Source of the DNA: an uncultured Gammaproteobacteria bacterium
GTDB taxonomy: Bacteria; Patescibacteriota; Microgenomatia; UBA10105; UBA927
Assembly (NCBI GenBank): GCA_964527425.1
Contig: CAZGOA010000002.1
Location: forward strand, 5,000 to 68,999
Reading direction: 5' to 3'
Length of the DNA: 64,000 nucleotides
Within the stretch, counting starts at the first letter, position 1, and the number at the start of each line of letters is the position of its first letter. This document shows, in pieces, positions 10,225-18,938 of the stretch. Below the pieces are notes generated by a model. It ran no database searches, was not told the DNA's origin, and worked only from the letters and a program-made list of their open reading frames with translations. The translations under genes were made by a program, and so were the position numbers.

Positions 10225-11742
10225 TTATTTTTTTACCCATTTTTGTTTTACACCTGGTCGAAAATACGTTGGATCTTCATAGGGCCAAAAAACTAAATTA
10301 GGAATTAATTGCTTAGAATATTCTTCATATGTTTTTCTATACTCAGAATTTTCATTTAATAAATAATATACTAGTTTTTCGATAATTTTATCTTTCACTG
10401 AATCCTCCATAGACATATCTTTTTTCATTTCTATGTGAATTATGAGTTGTTGATTTGCATTATCATCATACAACACTTGCATAGTAAACTTACCAGTAAT
10501 AAACGACTCAAATAATTCTTCCTGCAGTGCTCTTCTAATTGTTTCAGGATATATTTGAAATGCAAAGAAACTTACAGAAAAATCACTTCTTTCATACACG
10601 TATACAAAAGGTAACTTCCATATTGTGTCCTGTAAATGTCTCTTTCTCATTTCTTCCACGATATCTATTCCCATATCTTGGAGTTTACTAACAATATGAG
10701 AATACTTTCTAACTCCTCCGTTGTCTTTTAAATCATATCGTATGAGTGGTAGTCCACTGTACGCAGAACAATACAAACTACTATCAACATCCTCAAAATA
10801 AAATTGTGAGGGATTATATTGTGTCAATGTAGGTAATTTTAGGATTTGATCAAAAAGAAGAGCATATACAGATTTATTTTCCATTCCCAGTCTTCTTAAT
10901 AATACACATAGGGGTGTTTCATGGGACATTGTTCCCAAATCTACAGTACCATAATGATTCAATGTATCGACATATATATTTTTTAACCCAGTTTTCTTCT
11001 GAACATAGTCTCTAAATGATTCACTAAATGCTTCAGCAGAAAAAACAAAACCCATATTTAACTGCTTCCATTGTAATCCGTAGCGTTCACCCTCATCTAA
11101 GATATCCTTTAAAAAAGGTCCATAACTACCAATAATAATCTGATCAAATGACGATCCTAAATTTTGAACTGCTTTAATAATTTCAAGTTTATTAATTCCA
11201 GGAGTAATGATACTTAAATTATATATTCCCTTTTGTTGAATCATCGACAGTGCTTTATAAGTAAATACTCCTCCTATCCAAGCGCCCATTGGAAATCCCA
11301 CTATATATAACGTTGATCTTTCTTGAATCTTAAAATTTGTACGTAAATATAACTCTGCAGTATATGCATATTGCAAATCCTGCTCTTCTTGTCGAGGAAA
11401 ATAAAACGGATCACCTGTTGATCCTGAAGTTGTTGATATTATCCATTGAGAAGTAGAAAATTTCCCATCCCAACATAACATTTCTCTGGGATACTGACGC
11501 AGATAACTTTGCTTATCAATCGGCGGAACATGCTCAAAATCTTCTATTGTTCGTATTTTTGTGTGATCAATATGCTTTTTTTGAAGGAAATCTTTATATG
11601 CAGGAACTCTAAGAGCCATTAAATGAAATAATTCAAGTACTGAAGTTTCACCCTTACGCAACCAATACTCCTCAGATTCAGTTAGTAATGCTTGTTCTAT
11701 GGTTAGAACATCATCCTGTAAAAAAGGTGATTTGTATTTCAT
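10225..11742 (-). CDS. Phenylacetate-CoA ligase (PaaK)-like adenylate-forming enzyme
   Basis: P-loop STTSGSTG, HYGTVD, PLIRYDLKD, YERSD, C-terminal Lys (GVKQKW); ATG overlaps the upstream TGA (ATGA 11739-11742). Confidence 0.85.
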   Translation of the reverse strand: MKYKSPFLQDDVLTIEQALLTESEEYWLRKGETSVLELFHLMALRVPAYKDFLQKKHIDHTKIRTIEDFEHVPPIDKQSYLRQYPREMLCWDGKFSTSQWIISTTSGSTGDPFYFPRQEEQDLQYAYTAELYLRTNFKIQERSTLYIVGFPMGAWIGGVFTYKALSMIQQKGIYNLSIITPGINKLEIIKAVQNLGSSFDQIIIGSYGPFLKDILDEGERYGLQWKQLNMGFVFSAEAFSESFRDYVQKKTGLKNIYVDTLNHYGTVDLGTMSHETPLCVLLRRLGMENKSVYALLFDQILKLPTLTQYNPSQFYFEDVDSSLYCSAYSGLPLIRYDLKDNGGVRKYSHIVSKLQDMGIDIVEEMRKRHLQDTIWKLPFVYVYERSDFSVSFFAFQIYPETIRRALQEELFESFITGKFTMQVLYDDNANQQLIIHIEMKKDMSMEDSVKDKIIEKLVYYLLNENSEYRKTYEEYSKQLIPNLVFWPYEDPTYFRPGVKQKWVKK

Positions 11743-12797
11743 ATCCAACCAAATTGTTTCATTCTATCTTCTGCCATGGTATTTGAGACGAGTAAGGGAG
11801 AGATAGAAAGTTCTTTACTTTTTGTCATGATTAAATCTACATTTTTTGAAATTGCTTGTGGGATATTTTTTATTTTTTCATCTTGAGAATCGACAAGCTC
11901 ATATTCGTTTACGACCGCCATTAAACCACCTGCATTTACAACATAATCTGGAAGATAATATATTCCTTTATTAAATAATGAATCCGCTATGGCATCGGAT
12001 GACAATTGACTATTGGCAGAACCGATTATCATTTTACACTGCAATTGAGGTGCAGTTTCTTCGTTAAGAATATTACTTAGGGCACAGGGAGAAAAAATAT
12101 CTACAGGAACTGAATAAATTTCATGCTGATTCACTACATGTATGTGTGGGAACTGTTGTTGTATTTTTTCAAGCATCGCAATATTGATATCGGTCACATA
12201 AATATCTTTTAGTTCGCTTGCTAGTTTTTCTAACACTCCAAAACCAATTTTTCCAAGTCCCTGTATTGCCATTGTTCTGTCATGTAATCTTTCATCAGAG
12301 AATACATGCTTACAACCAACTCGAATAGCTGCTATGAGCCCATCGATCGTATATGCAATCGGATCTGTCTTTATCCCCATAATATACGACGATTGACCTG
12401 CAAGTTGTTGTAATTCTTCTATAGTCATACCCACGTCGGCACCAGTTATGAATAATCCACGTAGTTCATTGACAATATCTGCATATACTGATATCCAATC
12501 TGAACGAAAAGGATTATTTGAATCTCTTAACATGATTGCTTTTGCTCCTCCGTATTTATATCCAGCCATAACAGATTTATATGTCATAATCCGTGAAAGT
12601 TTTAAAGAATCTTGTACTGCATCTTCGACATTTGGATATTGCCATATTCTGGTTGCTCCAAAGTATGGATGCATTGAATCATTTTTATGGAGCGCTATAT
12701 ACACGGAAAGATTCGTTGGCTTGTGCACATAATGAATTACACCTTTGTGTCCATTCCATTCTTTATATTCTTCTATGGATAAAGTATTTGAACTCAT
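11739..12797 (-). CDS. Glu/Leu/Phe/Val dehydrogenase family (Leu/Phe DH-like)
   Basis: GATR, MTYKS, GGAK catalytic Lys, GADVG, QGLGKIG Rossmann motif, PCAL, GSAN, PDYVVNAGG. Confidence 0.9.
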   Translation of the reverse strand: MSSNTLSIEEYKEWNGHKGVIHYVHKPTNLSVYIALHKNDSMHPYFGATRIWQYPNVEDAVQDSLKLSRIMTYKSVMAGYKYGGAKAIMLRDSNNPFRSDWISVYADIVNELRGLFITGADVGMTIEELQQLAGQSSYIMGIKTDPIAYTIDGLIAAIRVGCKHVFSDERLHDRTMAIQGLGKIGFGVLEKLASELKDIYVTDINIAMLEKIQQQFPHIHVVNQHEIYSVPVDIFSPCALSNILNEETAPQLQCKMIIGSANSQLSSDAIADSLFNKGIYYLPDYVVNAGGLMAVVNEYELVDSQDEKIKNIPQAISKNVDLIMTKSKELSISPLLVSNTMAEDRMKQFGWI

Positions 12798-12850
12798 AAT
12801 TCTATATTATGAAATATTTACTTATTTAGATAGTATAAGCAATCGTAAAT

Positions 12851-12859
12851 TGATATAAT
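12851..12859 (+). promoter_or_regulatory. Extended -10 promoter of rnpB
   Basis: TG-A-TATAAT immediately upstream of the P1 helix. Confidence 0.6.
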
Positions 12860-12861
12860 AT

Positions 12862-13239
12862 TAATTCTAGCACTCGGGCTCTTGCCTTGCCTTTGGCAGG
12901 GAGGAAAGTCCAGACAGCAGTATGCAGGGGACTCAGCGCAAGCTGTGTTTCACTCACTATAAGTGGGTGAAAAGGTGCTTTATTCTTGAAAAAGAATAGA
13001 GACGATGACTGAATTAACACTCTGAGAGAGTTACAGAGACGATCCTTTGACTACTTTTAAGCTTAAGCTGCCGCTTGAGTTTGAGAATGTTGAAGGGGTG
13101 AAACGCTAACAATCCCACCTGCTGCAACCGGCGACTGTTCTGCAAAAAACCGACGCATACCGGAGTCAGAACGAAGCATACGGGCATTAGATGAATAAGA
13201 GCAATAAAACAGAATCTGGCTTATGAGGTGCTAGAATTA
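12862..13239 (+). ncRNA. rnpB: RNase P RNA
   Basis: GAGGAAAGTCC (12901), ACAGAGACGA, GGTGAAACG, TAGATGAAT, ACAGAATCTGGCTTAT; P1 TAATTCTAGCAC/GTGCTAGAATTA; P4 AAGTCCAGA/TCTGGCTT with compensatory changes. Confidence 0.93.
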
Positions 13240-13254
13240 TTAATTATAATTATT

Positions 13255-13458
13255 CTACTTAGATATAATTCCAATTTCTCCTGTAAAGGAATATATTTCG
13301 GCAATACAAATTTCGCTATTTACCCAATATTGACTTACTTTTGAGAATGTTTGATAAGTCCACGGGTCTGCAATATGAAACATATTCGTATCATATCCGT
13401 TGATACTTGCAGCGTGTCAATCCGCATTACCTTTAATATCAAGATATTTTATTCAATA
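13255..13458 (-). pseudogene. Remnant of a papain-fold (C39-like) peptidase C-terminal half
   Basis: Frame reads Y*IKYLDIKGNAD*HAASINGYDTNMFHIADPW...ISK*, fitting the H-x4-5-GYD-x6-DP pattern; in-frame TGA at 13453-55 and 13417-19. Confidence 0.5.
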
Positions 13459-13463
13459 GGAAT

Positions 13464-14723
13464 CTAAAGCAATGTTTGAAATACAGATTCTTCTTGTTTT
13501 CCTAAATATGCAAAGCTTATTTTATTTCTGGTCATATAGTTGCTTCTAAAATGATTAAGATCATTAACTGTTATCTGGTGTAGATAAAGGATATATTCAT
13601 CTATCGTTTGTAAATTTGACGAAAGTAAAGCATTATATCCATACCAGTTTATCAACCATGAATAATCTGTAGCATTACGAATAGTATCACTAACTAATTT
13701 ATTTTTATGTAGAATTAGATTTTTTTCGCTTATTGGTGTATTTACTATTTCAAGAATGCGTGGCAATAATTCTTGTAGATTAGATCTAGTAATATTTGTA
13801 CTATATCTTTGATAACCTGTATCAGTGAGTGCTACACAATCTGGGTACATCCAATATATAAGATTGTTATCTATTCTTAATTCTTGAATAAACGAGGATG
13901 ACCATCCCCCTGAAAGGCTCGAACTTATCAGATCTTGAGTAATTTTTTCTTTATTATCCGTTATCTTAGGTCCTAATATTGAAATACTTAACTGAATAGA
14001 TTCACCCAAGTCCATTTTTTCATATACAACTTTTTTGTTTACTTGATTATATTCAAAACTTTCATCAGTTTTATTCTTATTTGGAAGATTTATTGCATTT
14101 ATATAGTCTAGTATCTCGTTAATTTTTAATGAAGAATTAATACATACAAAAGTAATATTTTTATTCGTTACATATTTACTCATAAAAACTTCAATATCTT
14201 TAAGACTAATATTCATAATTGAATCTCTCGTACCATAAAAATCTTTACCTAATTTTTTTTCATGCCAAATTCCTTTGTTAGCTAACCTCCAAATATATGA
14301 AGAAGGATCCATATGATTCTGTAGTTCCTCATTCAAAACTACATCTTTTTCAGAAATAAAAAAATCTTCATGAACTTGTGAATTTACTAGGCCTTCTATT
14401 AGCAATTTTAATGCAAATAGCGAATGCTCATGATTATGTACATAGTAATAATGTTGTGATTGTAACGTTGTGAAAGCATTAAAATACATACCTTTTTCTT
14501 CGATTGATCTAAGCATTTCAATACGATTAGGAAATGATTTCATTTTTGTAAATAATAAATGCTCAATAAAATGAGATATTCCCAAAGTTGATAACGAATC
14601 ATACCTAGAACCTGCATTTATCCATACAGAAGACGAAGAAACTGGATACTGAGGAATAGTAATACAAACTAATTTTATATTATGTTGAGTAAATGACTGT
14701 TGAATAGAGTGATTTAATAGCAT
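13464..14723 (-). CDS. M16 (pitrilysin/insulinase) family zinc peptidase
   Basis: AGSRYD, GISHFIEHLLF (HxxEH), NAFT, EKDVVLNEE, ELRIDNNLIY. Confidence 0.9.
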   Translation of the reverse strand: MLLNHSIQQSFTQHNIKLVCITIPQYPVSSSSVWINAGSRYDSLSTLGISHFIEHLLFTKMKSFPNRIEMLRSIEEKGMYFNAFTTLQSQHYYYVHNHEHSLFALKLLIEGLVNSQVHEDFFISEKDVVLNEELQNHMDPSSYIWRLANKGIWHEKKLGKDFYGTRDSIMNISLKDIEVFMSKYVTNKNITFVCINSSLKINEILDYINAINLPNKNKTDESFEYNQVNKKVVYEKMDLGESIQLSISILGPKITDNKEKITQDLISSSLSGGWSSSFIQELRIDNNLIYWMYPDCVALTDTGYQRYSTNITRSNLQELLPRILEIVNTPISEKNLILHKNKLVSDTIRNATDYSWLINWYGYNALLSSNLQTIDEYILYLHQITVNDLNHFRSNYMTRNKISFAYLGKQEESVFQTLL

Positions 14724-14749
14724 TGTTGTAAATATTTGTTTAATATTTT

Positions 14750-15730
14750 TTATTCTTCTGTTTCTTTTCTGTATTCGAGAAGATTAGTTACAACAACTTG
14801 AATAACTAAGATTGCCGGAATGGCTAAAATGGCTCCTACTACACCTGCAAATCTAGCTCCAATCATGAAGGCAACGATGGTAATAATTGGTGAAAACCCA
14901 ACTGCTTTTCTCATAATGAGCGGGACTATTAAATGATTTTCAAACTGTTGAATCACAAAATACATTGCTGCAACCGATACAGCAAGAATAGGATTAACTG
15001 TTAAGGCGATTAAGACTGCTGGAACTGCAGAAACAATAGGCCCTATCATAGGAACTAATTCGAGTAAACCTGCTAATACAGCAAGTGGTAAGGCGTATTC
15101 TATTTTAAGTATTACTAAACCGATATATACCATAACACCAATCACAACCATAAGAATGAATTGACCTCTAGCCCATGCTCCTAATTTCCCTTCAACATCT
15201 TGGAGTGCGCTGTGAATTCTATCTCCTGTTTCTTCATTGGTAAATTGTTTCAATGTTTGTTTTAGTGTGTTTCTTGATAATAATAAATAGAGAGTGAATA
15301 CAAGAATTGTGACAATGTTAATGATATTGTTAAATACTTCTACGCCAACTCTTAATATATTTTGTGTAATTGGAGCAATCTCTTGTGTTATTGCTTGGAT
15401 ATTTATATCTAGAGCAGGGATTACTCGTTCGGCTAAACTGGGAAATTCTTGAATTAAACGATTTGACTGTGATGCGATACTAGGTATTGATGATGCTACA
15501 ATTCCACCCAATCCACCAAAAATTAGTATATACATTAGTAGAACAGCCATCACTCTTGGAATTTTTAAGTTAACTAATCCTTCTACCAAAGGACGCAGTG
15601 CTGTCATTAATATGTAGGAGATAAAAAGTAAATATAAAATGTCACGAATTTGTAGTACTAACCAAATACCTCCAAGAAGTACCAAAATAAAGATAATTGT
15701 TCGATGAGAAATTTCAATAGTTCTGGGCAT
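14750..15730 (-). CDS. AI-2E family transporter (PerM/TqsA)
   Basis: ALRPLV, LVPMIGP, IQQFENHLIVP, GAILAIP motifs; multi-TM. Confidence 0.92.
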   Translation of the reverse strand: MPRTIEISHRTIIFILVLLGGIWLVLQIRDILYLLFISYILMTALRPLVEGLVNLKIPRVMAVLLMYILIFGGLGGIVASSIPSIASQSNRLIQEFPSLAERVIPALDINIQAITQEIAPITQNILRVGVEVFNNIINIVTILVFTLYLLLSRNTLKQTLKQFTNEETGDRIHSALQDVEGKLGAWARGQFILMVVIGVMVYIGLVILKIEYALPLAVLAGLLELVPMIGPIVSAVPAVLIALTVNPILAVSVAAMYFVIQQFENHLIVPLIMRKAVGFSPIITIVAFMIGARFAGVVGAILAIPAILVIQVVVTNLLEYRKETEE

Positions 15731-15738
15731 ACATATCC

Positions 15739-16704
15739 CTAAATACTTTTTAAATTATACCATGATTGGACTTGTTTTCTTGCAATATATTCTGAATCTT
15801 TATCTGACATAGATATCCATACTATTTCTTTGTTCCGCTTAAACCAGGTCATTTGTCGCTTTGCGTACTGTATTTCATGAGTCTGCCATTGTTGAATTGC
15901 CTGATTGTACTGTATTTCTGTAGGACTATGGAGATATACGTTCCATTCTTGATAACCAATTGTTTGTAATGCCTGGATAGAAATAGAATATTTTTTTGAA
16001 ATGTACTTAATTTCTTCTAAAGCTCCTCTTTGCATTCGCTGAACTACTCTTTGTTTTATTCGTTCCTCCTGTATTTCGCTTGGAACAGTAAGACCTAACC
16101 ACAAGGTGTTGTAGTGTCGATTAGGAGATGTTTGAGGTATTTCACTTTTTACTATTTCTATTTTTCGAATTAATCGCCGGGGGTTATTTCTATCAGAGTT
16201 ATTCAATGCTTCCCAGGTTGTTGGAGAAAGAGCTTGAAGCATTTGCTGCAACTCTACAACAAACATATTATCCAGTTGTTTTCGTAATGTATTATTTTTA
16301 GGAACAGTACTCGTTTGTATTCCAGAAACAACTGCATCAAGATATAAACCTGTTCCACCAACGACTATGGGAAGCTTTCCCCGTTTATGAATATCTGCAA
16401 TCACTGCGGTTGCAAGATGTTCATACGCAGATACGCTAAATTCTTGGTCAGGAGATACAACATCATACATCCATAGCGGAATGCTATTTAAGTAAAATAC
16501 TGGAAGTGTAGTGGAATCATTGATTGTTACTATTTCTGGTTTAGGATGTTGTGGTATATCTTTGCCTGTAACGATATCCATTTCTTTATATACCTGACGG
16601 GAATCACAACTCACTATTTCACCATGAAATTCCTTTGCTAAGGTTAACGCCAGATTCGTTTTCCCAGTTGCTGTTGGTCCACAAATAATAAGAAGTTTAT
16701 TCAT
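15739..16704 (-). CDS. miaA: tRNA dimethylallyltransferase
   Basis: GPTATGKT, DSRQVY, VGGTGLY, NPRRLIR, QYAKRQMTWF. Confidence 0.96.
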   Translation of the reverse strand: MNKLLIICGPTATGKTNLALTLAKEFHGEIVSCDSRQVYKEMDIVTGKDIPQHPKPEIVTINDSTTLPVFYLNSIPLWMYDVVSPDQEFSVSAYEHLATAVIADIHKRGKLPIVVGGTGLYLDAVVSGIQTSTVPKNNTLRKQLDNMFVVELQQMLQALSPTTWEALNNSDRNNPRRLIRKIEIVKSEIPQTSPNRHYNTLWLGLTVPSEIQEERIKQRVVQRMQRGALEEIKYISKKYSISIQALQTIGYQEWNVYLHSPTEIQYNQAIQQWQTHEIQYAKRQMTWFKRNKEIVWISMSDKDSEYIARKQVQSWYNLKSI

Positions 16705-17963
16705 CTATATGTTCCGGCCTTTAAATTTGCTCTATTAATCATTTCTTCAAGCAGTATCCATCGCTTTTTCTTGATTGGATGGGGTACATCATCGGTGAAT
16801 ACTTTGTGTGCTGTGGTCATAAGTCTGTCTGAATAAATAGATACATACGCTTTGGAAAAGCCTACTTGTTTACATAAATCAACGGTATTATTAAATTGTT
16901 CATCAGTCTCTCCGCAAAAACCCACGATAATATCTGTTGAAATAGTTATATTTTTTACTTGTTTTCTTAATTTGGCAACTAACGCTAGATACTCTTCTTT
17001 CGTATACCAACGATTCATTTTTTTAAGCATTGCACTGTCACCTGATTGTACTGGTAAATGAATGTGACGAGTAATTTTAGGATTCTTTGCTATGGTTTCA
17101 ATCAGATCATCTGAGAAATCCCAAGGATTGCTAGATAGAAAATCTATATGTTCAATTCCTTCAATTTCACATATTGTTTTCAGTAACAATGGGAATACTG
17201 TTGGAATACGCATTCTTCCTAAATGCTTTACAAATGTCGGTTTTACTTTTTGTCCGTTTAATACATATTCTTTTGTCTCTGATTGATCTGGTGATTTAAT
17301 TGGTTCTCTGATAACGGATGCTTCATGCCTTGATTGAGCATTAAAATAGTTTTTTCCTGGTAAATCTCTCATGACTTGTATGTTTTCTGCTCCTACTAAT
17401 AAATCTGCACCATAAGAATTAACATTCTGACCGATTAAGGTTATATGGGTATACCCATTGGATGCAAGTTGTGTAACTTCTGAAACAATGTCATCAAAGG
17501 GACGACTGATTTCTCTACCCCTGGTAAACGGCACCACGCAAAAAGTACAAAAATTATTGCATCCATTAGAAATTGGCACCCATGCATGTTTGGAATCACT
17601 GCGAAGCGGGGCATGATCGAAGCCTACTTCTTCAATTGGCAAGAACTCATCAACTTGAGGCATTTTACGTTTGAGTGCTGATAACATCTTTCCTGATTTT
17701 TCTCTCATTGCCATACCAACCATACATCCTGTCACTACAATTTTGAGATTTCTTCCCTGTATTTTTTCCTGAGTTAAATTGTGAACTAATCCATATACTC
17801 TGTTTTCTGCTTTTTCTCTAATCATGCAGGTATTAATAACAATATCATCGGCTTGTTTCATACTACGTGCAGGCGTATATCCTCGAGCTTTATAAAAAGA
17901 AGCAATTCGTTCACTATCTGCTTCGTTAGCCTGACAACCAAACGTTTTAATGAAGTATTTCAT
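16701..17963 (-). CDS. miaB: tRNA methylthiotransferase MiaB-like (no TRAM domain)
   Basis: TFGCQAN, NTC, TGC; CNNFCTFC radical-SAM motif; GQNVNSYG; HLPVQSG; TDIIVGF; overlaps miaA. Confidence 0.88.
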   Translation of the reverse strand: MKYFIKTFGCQANEADSERIASFYKARGYTPARSMKQADDIVINTCMIREKAENRVYGLVHNLTQEKIQGRNLKIVVTGCMVGMAMREKSGKMLSALKRKMPQVDEFLPIEEVGFDHAPLRSDSKHAWVPISNGCNNFCTFCVVPFTRGREISRPFDDIVSEVTQLASNGYTHITLIGQNVNSYGADLLVGAENIQVMRDLPGKNYFNAQSRHEASVIREPIKSPDQSETKEYVLNGQKVKPTFVKHLGRMRIPTVFPLLLKTICEIEGIEHIDFLSSNPWDFSDDLIETIAKNPKITRHIHLPVQSGDSAMLKKMNRWYTKEEYLALVAKLRKQVKNITISTDIIVGFCGETDEQFNNTVDLCKQVGFSKAYVSIYSDRLMTTAHKVFTDDVPHPIKKKRWILLEEMINRANLKAGTYR

Positions 17964-18159
17964 GGATGTTTATTGTACCAAAATAGAGAAGATTTATCCT
18001 GTTGGGACAGAAAAATTTGTTATTAATAAATTTAAATGATACTAGTTCTTTATTATGTTCTCTTCCTTTTGATTGCAAAAAGGACCAAAATTCTATGAAC
18101 AAGCTGAAACATGAATGCTCACACTGTATGATTTTATAATCAATAATACAAGAATAAAC

Positions 18160-18909
18160 TTATATCTTTGCGAGTATAAATTTTTCGATAATTGTTGCTA
18201 CTCCATCTTGTTGGACTGGTAGGCATATAAAATCTGCTACTGCTTTTAATTCTTCTACGGCATTGCCCATCGCAAATTTAACGCCACAAGCCATGAGTAA
18301 AGGGAAATCATTATACCCATCGCCTACGCCGATACACTCCTCTTTCGTTATTTGTAGGTGTTGTTGAAGAAAAGAGATTCCATGCAGTTTTGAGGCTTGC
18401 TGATCAACCATATCAACACAAATTTTTCCTTCCTCCCAGGAAACCATTTTATAACTATTCACGCCTTGAATTTGTAATAATTCTTTGTGTAACGCATCTG
18501 CCTTATCCGGTTCAATTCCTTCATTAAAAATAACCAGTGGATTAATGTCTGTTTGACCAGTCCATTGTGTATGTCCTTTTTCATCTTGAAAATAAAAATG
18601 TGGAGAATATTTTTTAAATATCGGATAAGCTTGTTCTAATACTTGAGAGGTAAGTCTTCGTTCAAACAAGTAAGTATCTGTTTGCGGGTCATATACTTGT
18701 GTACCTCCTGTTAATATGCAAGGTGATTGAATGTCTAATTCCTCAATAATTTTTTTTACTCGATACAGTGGTCTGCCTGTTGCAAGACAAACATGCAAAT
18801 GATCTTTAACTTTTTTTATCATCTCTATCGTTTTTTTTGATGGAACCGCGTCTTTTGCATTCAGTACGGTTGTACCATCAACATCAAGTATTAAGGCTTT
18901 GTATTTCAT
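18160..18909 (-). CDS. HAD-IIB (Cof-like) hydrolase
   Basis: DVDGT, ATGR, SK, GDGYND, AMGNA. Confidence 0.92.
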   Translation of the reverse strand: MKYKALILDVDGTTVLNAKDAVPSKKTIEMIKKVKDHLHVCLATGRPLYRVKKIIEELDIQSPCILTGGTQVYDPQTDTYLFERRLTSQVLEQAYPIFKKYSPHFYFQDEKGHTQWTGQTDINPLVIFNEGIEPDKADALHKELLQIQGVNSYKMVSWEEGKICVDMVDQQASKLHGISFLQQHLQITKEECIGVGDGYNDFPLLMACGVKFAMGNAVEELKAVADFICLPVQQDGVATIIEKFILAKI

Positions 18910-18938
18910 AGTATTTCTATTGATTTATTTAAAAAGTT

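Noticed and set aside
10225-11742. Phenylacetate catabolic pathway
   Set aside because: No paaABCDE, paaG or paaZ genes in the window, and no decarboxylase/oxidoreductase linking an oxo acid to phenylacetate
12826-13020. 64-aa minus-strand ORF
   Set aside because: Antisense to the RNase P RNA; not protein-like
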